Both the position numbers and the translations under genes were made by a program. A model generated the notes under the pieces. It did not search any database, had not been told where the DNA came from, and saw nothing but the letters and a program-made list of their open reading frames with translations. This document shows, piece after piece, positions 59,039 through 64,000 of a stretch of 64,000 nt of DNA. The stretch comes from Deltaproteobacteria bacterium (GTDB lineage: Bacteria > Desulfobacterota > Deferrimicrobia > J040): assembly GCA_011773515.1 (NCBI GenBank), contig WVXK01000062.1, positions 68,751-132,750 of the forward strand, written 5' to 3'. Within the stretch, counting starts at the first letter, position 1. The number at the start of each line of letters is the position of its first letter.

Positions 59039-61167
59039 TCTCGAATCCTCACCTCTCTCTGTTTTCCTCCCGGACCTACCGGTGTTACGATCCCCTCTTC
59101 CTCCATTTTTTCGATGAGCCTGGCTGCCCTGTTGAAGCCTACCCCCAGTTTCCTCTGCAGATAGGATATCGAGGCCTTCCGTGTCTCAACGACTATTCTC
59201 ACCGCCTCCTCGTATCTTTCGTCCAGAAACTCGACGCCGCCTCCGGCCTCATCCATATCTTCACTGACAACCGACTCGTCGTACGCTGCCTCCCCCTGCT
59301 TCTTGAGAAAGTGCACCACTCTTTTGATCTCATCCTCGGATACGTATGGCGCATGAACCCTGATGAGCCCTTCGGGGCCGGGCCGCAGGAACAGCATGTC
59401 CCCCTGTCCCAGGAGGAACTCGGCGCTGTACTGCCCGAGAATGGTATAGGAGTCGTAGCGCGAGGAAACTTTAAAGGAAATTCTGCAGGGGAAATTGGCC
59501 TTAATTACGCCCGTAACCACATCGACAGATGGTCTCTGGGTGGCGACGATGAGGTGGATTCCCGACGCCCGTGCCATCTGTGAAAGCCGCGTAATAGCTT
59601 CCTCGACCTCCCGTGCCGAACTGAGCATCAGGTCCGATAGCTCGTCGATCACGATAACGATGAAGGGAAGCAGCGATGATTCATCGTCGTCCTTCCTTGC
59701 CGACCTCCTCTTGCGCACCATGTTGTTGTAGGAATCGATGTTTCTCACACCGTTTTCCATCATCAGCCTGTATCTTCCTTCCATCTCGGCCACTGCCCAT
59801 CTGAGGACCTTGGCGGCATCCTTGGGCTGGGTAACGACAGGGTGGAGAAGGTTTGGTATACCGTCGTATGGATTGAACTCGAGCATCTTGGGGTCCACGA
59901 GGATCAGGCGGAGCTCGTCCGGGGTCGTCCTGAACAGAAGCGACAGTATCATGGCGTTCAACGACACACTTTTTCCGGAACCCGTCGTGCCGGCAATCAA
60001 AAGATGAGGCATCTTGGACAGGTCGGTAACGACAGGCCTCCCGAGAATGTCCATGCCCACGGATATGGTCAGGGGGGGCTTGGAGGAAAGGTACTCTTCG
60101 CTCTGTAAGATCTCTTTGAGATAGACCCGCTCCCTTTTCTTATTGGGCACCTCGATGCCCATAACCCCCTTCCCCGGAATATTTTTTATGATTCTCAGGC
60201 TCTCCGCTTTCAGGGCCAGGGCCAGGTCTTCCGAAAGCTTCACTATCCGGTTCAACTTCTCACCCGGTGCAGGTTTGAACTCGTAGAGCGTAACCATGGG
60301 ACCAGCCATTACCGAGGTTATCTCTCCGTCAACCCCAAACTGCCTGAGCTCCTTTATCAGCACCCGTACGTTTTCCTTGAGATCATCCTCATCAGGAATC
60401 AGCCTCGTCGCCGGTGGGCTGTCGAGGAGATTCCGGGACGGCAGCGAGAACTCCGAATGGACAGGCCCGGCAAACGTCCTGACACCACTCTTTTCTTTCC
60501 CGCTCTCTTCGGGGCCCCGCACAATCTTTACTTCTTCTGCCTCATCTATGCTGTCGCTGAACACTATCCCTTTTCGCGCAAGGCTGCGGAGGGATGCATC
60601 CTCCTTTATCTTTTCCCTCACCTTTTTCCTCTTCTCCTTCTTCCTGTTGAGAAATGAGCGTAAATCCCCTATCGATATCCCCGTGGACATCATCAGAGAA
60701 ATGACGAAAAATGAAAAGAGAACTATGCTCCCCCCAACGCTCCCGAAAATTGCCTTCACGGCATTTTTCCCTATGATATAGCCGGTTATACCGGAAAGGT
60801 AAAAATCCACGCCGAAAAGCCTCACGTATTCCGAGTAGATGCTCAAGATGGCCACGGATGAGACGAGGGCGAGAAATATGCCGATACTCCTCAGGAGAAT
60901 TTTCCGCGTCCCGAGCCCCCGGAAAGACAGAATTGCCTGGGAGAAGAATATCAGTGGTATCAGGAAAGCCCCTATTCCGAACCACTGAATGAGAAGATCC
61001 GAGGAGTATGAACCGACCTTTCCGCTCCAGTTGGATATTTTCATCATCTCCGATGAAAAGGTCGAGAAGGATGGATCGAAGGGGTTGTAGGATACAAGAG
61101 ATATGAGCAGTAAGAGGCCGATTGCAGCGTTTATGACCCCCAGGACCTCTTTTTTCACATCCCTCAT
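59035..61167 (-). CDS. ftsK: DNA translocase FtsK/SpoIIIE
   Basis: 710 aa; 4-5 N-terminal TM helices; motor domain GTTGSGKSV; C-terminal gamma domain (YLQRKLGVGFNRAARLIEKMEEEGIV). Confidence 0.95.
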   Translation of the reverse strand: MRDVKKEVLGVINAAIGLLLLISLVSYNPFDPSFSTFSSEMMKISNWSGKVGSYSSDLLIQWFGIGAFLIPLIFFSQAILSFRGLGTRKILLRSIGIFLALVSSVAILSIYSEYVRLFGVDFYLSGITGYIIGKNAVKAIFGSVGGSIVLFSFFVISLMMSTGISIGDLRSFLNRKKEKRKKVREKIKEDASLRSLARKGIVFSDSIDEAEEVKIVRGPEESGKEKSGVRTFAGPVHSEFSLPSRNLLDSPPATRLIPDEDDLKENVRVLIKELRQFGVDGEITSVMAGPMVTLYEFKPAPGEKLNRIVKLSEDLALALKAESLRIIKNIPGKGVMGIEVPNKKRERVYLKEILQSEEYLSSKPPLTISVGMDILGRPVVTDLSKMPHLLIAGTTGSGKSVSLNAMILSLLFRTTPDELRLILVDPKMLEFNPYDGIPNLLHPVVTQPKDAAKVLRWAVAEMEGRYRLMMENGVRNIDSYNNMVRKRRSARKDDDESSLLPFIVIVIDELSDLMLSSAREVEEAITRLSQMARASGIHLIVATQRPSVDVVTGVIKANFPCRISFKVSSRYDSYTILGQYSAEFLLGQGDMLFLRPGPEGLIRVHAPYVSEDEIKRVVHFLKKQGEAAYDESVVSEDMDEAGGGVEFLDERYEEAVRIVVETRKASISYLQRKLGVGFNRAARLIEKMEEEGIVTPVGPGGKQREVRIRE

Positions 61168-61186
61168 GCAGGTTACCCCCGAGACA

Positions 61187-62827
61187 TCAATAATCTATCC
61201 AAACGGGAAATATCACCGGTTTTCTCGAAAGCTGCCTGTTGAAAAAACGCCTCAGTTCCCGCCGGATCTCCAAAACCGCTTCCTCGCCCCCGACCTGGCC
61301 GCATTCCATCACCACATCCCTCAAAATATTCTCTGCCCCTTCGATGATCCCGTTTCCGGCATCGATATCGGTAACCCCCACACAGATCAACTCCGGACCG
61401 TATCTGATCTTCTGCTTCCCGGCATCGTAACAGACCACCGCCACCGCCACACCATCCCGGGAGAGATGTTTTCTCTCTCGCAGCACCATTTCACACACAT
61501 CGCCAACACCCTTTCCATCGACGAAGACTTTTCCCACATTCAAAACCCCTTCCTTACGAAGAACCCCGCCTTCAAGAACGAGCACCTCACCATTTTCCAC
61601 GACGAAGGGAGTGCAATCAACCGCCTTCTGTGCGACCATCGCGTGCTGCACGAGTTGCCGGTACTCGCCATGAACCGGAACGAAGTATTTCGGTGCCGCA
61701 GCCCGGGCCATACGCTCCAGCTCTTTCTGACCCCCGTGGCCGGAAACGTGGACGTCCGATATGGCCTGGTAAACCACATCAGCCCCTCTCCTGTAGAGGT
61801 TGTCAATAAGCCGGAAAATCGCCTTTTCATTACCGGGGATAAATCTCGATGATATTATTACCGTGTCCGTCTCCTTCACCTTTACATAGCGGTGTTGATT
61901 TCTCGCCATGAGTGAGAGAGCACTCAGGGGCTCTCCCTGGGATCCGGTGGTCACGATGGCAAGAGATCTGTCATCGACCTTTCCTATCCCATCGATATCC
62001 ACAAACAGGCTCCCATCTCCGTCATGAACATACCCGAGTTTTCTGGCTATTTTCAAATTCTGCTCCATGCTCCTTCCCGTTACGGCCACCTTTCGGCCGT
62101 CCTGCGCAGCGCTTTCGATGGTATCGGCCAGGCGGGCGATATTCGAGGAAAACATGGAGACTATGGCTCTTCCTGGAATCTTTCTCATGAGACCGTCGAG
62201 AGTTTCCCTGACATACCTCTCTGACATGGTTCTTCCCCTGTTCTCCACATTGGTGGAGTCGGAAAAAAGCAGGGACACTCCCTCTTTTCCAACCTCCTCA
62301 ATTCTTTTAAGATCCGTGAAGACTCCGTCTGAAGGCGTGTCGTCCATCTTGAAATCCCCCGTGTGCACGATAACGCCGTCGCCGGTTCTCACTATGTAGC
62401 CCACCCCTTCCGAGATTGAATGACACACCGGAAAGGCCTCGAACGCAAAATCCTCGAGAAGAACGACCCCATCTCTCTCTATAACCCGTATGTCCGGTGT
62501 ATATTCCGGACCGTGCTCCTCCAGCCTCAGCCTCAATAGTTCGGCAGTTAGATTTGTGGCATAAACGGGAACATTCGCCAGCTGGAGCAAATAGTGCACG
62601 GCACCGATGTGATCATCGTGGCCGTGAGTCAAAAAGATGCAGCGGATTCTGTCCTTCACCGGCTCGAGAGAGGAAAAGTCAGGGATAACATAATCGACTC
62701 CGAACATACCGTCATCGGGAAACATGATCCCGGCATCTATTATCACCGCCTCTCTTCCGCTGTCCAGAAGAAGGCAGTTCATGCCTATCTCTCCCAGGCC
62801 GCCGAGGGCACAAATCGTTATGGTCAT
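61187..62827 (-). CDS. rnj: ribonuclease J (metallo-beta-lactamase / beta-CASP)
   Basis: 546 aa; HGHDDHIGAV motif, beta-CASP and C-terminal domain; typical RNase J length. Confidence 0.93.
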   Translation of the reverse strand: MTITICALGGLGEIGMNCLLLDSGREAVIIDAGIMFPDDGMFGVDYVIPDFSSLEPVKDRIRCIFLTHGHDDHIGAVHYLLQLANVPVYATNLTAELLRLRLEEHGPEYTPDIRVIERDGVVLLEDFAFEAFPVCHSISEGVGYIVRTGDGVIVHTGDFKMDDTPSDGVFTDLKRIEEVGKEGVSLLFSDSTNVENRGRTMSERYVRETLDGLMRKIPGRAIVSMFSSNIARLADTIESAAQDGRKVAVTGRSMEQNLKIARKLGYVHDGDGSLFVDIDGIGKVDDRSLAIVTTGSQGEPLSALSLMARNQHRYVKVKETDTVIISSRFIPGNEKAIFRLIDNLYRRGADVVYQAISDVHVSGHGGQKELERMARAAAPKYFVPVHGEYRQLVQHAMVAQKAVDCTPFVVENGEVLVLEGGVLRKEGVLNVGKVFVDGKGVGDVCEMVLRERKHLSRDGVAVAVVCYDAGKQKIRYGPELICVGVTDIDAGNGIIEGAENILRDVVMECGQVGGEEAVLEIRRELRRFFNRQLSRKPVIFPVWIDY

Positions 62828-62982
62828 GTTTTCACCACCACCGTATCAAAACGATCAGGAACATTCACTCCCTTTGTCATACCATTTCCCACATTATCGG
62901 AAATCTCATGCACTGTCCATTCCCTGAACTTATTTGACCAGACCAGATCGATAATACCCGCACCTCCGGGAAACATGGTCAT
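62824..62982 (-). CDS. possible small ORF (about 52-67 aa) translationally coupled to rnj
   Basis: Stop TGA overlaps rnj ATG (ATGA). Track gives 62824..63027 (GTG start); an internal ATG (MTMFPGGAG...) gives ~52 aa. No recognisable family; AT-rich third positions, so it may be spurious. Confidence 0.25.
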   Translation of the reverse strand: MTMFPGGAGIIDLVWSNKFREWTVHEISDNVGNGMTKGVNVPDRFDTVVVKT

Positions 62983-63278
62983 CGATCTCCCACGCGAGAC
63001 TCCCACTCTATCAACCACTCTGACCATTTTACTGCACTTTGCGCAGCCAGGACGGAATCCGTGAAAGTCTCACACGTCGGCAATGGTTCTCTATCGAGCA
63101 GTGCGTTGTGGGGAAATATATTATCCGGGTCCTGGCGAATATGGTAAGTCTTCTTCCTGTTTTTCTCACGTTCAAGGTAACAGCAGATCCCTTTGATTAT
63201 GTAAATTATCCACCGAAAGAGAGCTTCGGTCAAGAATGGGGTGATAAAGAAGCTTTTGGCCACCAGGAAGCCGGTTCG

Positions 63279-63761
63279 TCAATCAGGTTTCCTCTCGTAG
63301 TCGCCCGATTTGCCGCCTTTTTTCTTTAAGACCTTGATATCGCCTATTACCGCGTCCCGGTCGACAGACTTTATCATATCGTAGACGGTTACAGCGGAGA
63401 TAGAAACAGCGACGAGGGCCTCCATCTCGACTCCGGTGCTCCATCTTGCCCGCACGTCGGAGACGATCCTTATCTCCTTTGCCTCTTCATCAAGATCGAC
63501 ATCTATTTCACAGACATCGAGGGGAATCTGGTGACACAATGGTACGAGATGGCTCGTCTTTTTGGCCGCCATGACTCCCGCCACTTTCGCCACTTCGAAG
63601 AGGTTGCCCTTTGGAAGCTTGTCTTCCTTGAGGAGAGCAATAACCCTGCCTGACACGGAAACCTTCCCGGCGGCCTGTGCCTCGCGGAGTGTTTTTTCCT
63701 TCCCGGTGACATCCACCATACGGGATGACCCATCGCTTTTCATGTGGGAAAAATTTTTCAT
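63279..63761 (-). CDS. moaC: cyclic pyranopterin monophosphate synthase MoaC
   Basis: 160 aa; MoaC signature (MVDVTGKEKTLREA...SHLVPLCHQIPLD...EMEALVAVSISAVTVYDM). Confidence 0.92.
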   Translation of the reverse strand: MKNFSHMKSDGSSRMVDVTGKEKTLREAQAAGKVSVSGRVIALLKEDKLPKGNLFEVAKVAGVMAAKKTSHLVPLCHQIPLDVCEIDVDLDEEAKEIRIVSDVRARWSTGVEMEALVAVSISAVTVYDMIKSVDRDAVIGDIKVLKKKGGKSGDYERKPD

Positions 63762-64000
63762 GCGCTGCTCCGATCAAACAGAATGAAATTTTACGGTTTA
63801 CCGTGATGTTTCTTATGTGAAACAAATGCTTACATCTTTATCGGGGAGGAAAGCCCGTACAGAAAAATCATCTCCCCTCTCCGCTATTTCCGGCACCATT
63901 TTTTACCTTTTTACCATCGGGTGTTATTTCGTTCAACCTCTTTCCTTCTGCATGCAGATCATTCATCACCAAAGATCCCCAGATCGCGAAAAAATGTATG

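Noticed and set aside
62979-63329. 94-aa minus and 96-aa plus ORFs in the rnj-moaC intergenic region
   Set aside because: Mutually overlapping on opposite strands in a promoter region; no RBS, no similarity, atypical composition.
1-64000. CRISPR arrays, IS elements, integrases, prophage or rRNA genes
   Set aside because: No regularly spaced direct repeats, transposase/integrase-like ORFs or rRNA signatures noticed; the window reads as core chromosome with a single tRNA.

Overview
The window is 64 kb of mostly core bacterial chromosome, about 70% coded on the minus strand. The organism is Gram-negative (LolA, BamD-like lipoprotein, Tat, PBP1A, MltG) and its gene content resembles a deltaproteobacterium / Desulfobacterota-like or Nitrospirota-like anaerobe. 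Supporting traits are sigma-54 enhancer-binding regulation, a PilT with an N-terminal GspE_N domain, pilT inserted between recA and recX, an MJ0042 zinc-ribbon/DUF3426 protein and the archaeal-type AroA'/AroB' shikimate entry. I found no mobile elements, CRISPR arrays, integrases or rRNA; one tRNA (Gln, anticodon TTG) is present.

Called content:
- prs (3' end cut by the window edge), tRNA-Gln, spoVG, ispE.
- A roughly 15 kb same-strand proteostasis supercluster (2070-17261): clpB, degP, DUF1844, a ClpA/ClpC-like unfoldase, htpX, dnaJ, hsp20, dnaK, an atypical REC-only protein, an NtrC-type sigma-54 activator, a sensor-less histidine kinase, DUF192 and an acidic lipoprotein. No grpE, hrcA or CIRCE element was seen in the window.
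- PBP1A and moaA.
- A tightly packed operon: BadF/HgdC-type double activase fused to an HgdB-like domain, then DUF2229, a metallophosphoesterase, archease and RtcB.
- A split Tat locus (tatB-tatC ... hpt, Zn-ribbon/DUF3426 ... tatA).
- AroA'/AroB' and a GspE_N-PilT.
- An O-methyltransferase, a conserved hypothetical protein, hisG, DUF2064, pepA, dtd, a TetR regulator, a BamD-like lipoprotein and a TPR protein.
- alaS-recX-pilT-recA-thpR-cinA(C)-pgpA.
- A HEAT-repeat protein and an HD-GYP protein that share an N-terminal domain, a small HEAT protein and an S58 peptidase.
- ruvX-mltG, a DksA/TraR-like regulator, rimO-like, lolA, ftsK, rnj and moaC.

The ORF track starts each ORF at the most upstream ATG/GTG/TTG, so several N-termini were trimmed using RBS and homology. 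Many long ORFs on the opposite strand of real genes were rejected as shadow ORFs.

Most interesting candidates:
1. The sigma-54/two-component-embedded chaperone-protease island, with its REC-only pseudo-receiver translationally coupled to dnaK and an inverted repeat plus sigma-54-like motifs in the control region.
2. The activase / DUF2229 / metallophosphoesterase / archease / RtcB operon.
3. The DUF1844 gene coupled to the ClpA-like unfoldase.
4. The HEAT/HD-GYP paralogous N-domain pair, which carries a degenerate HHE motif.
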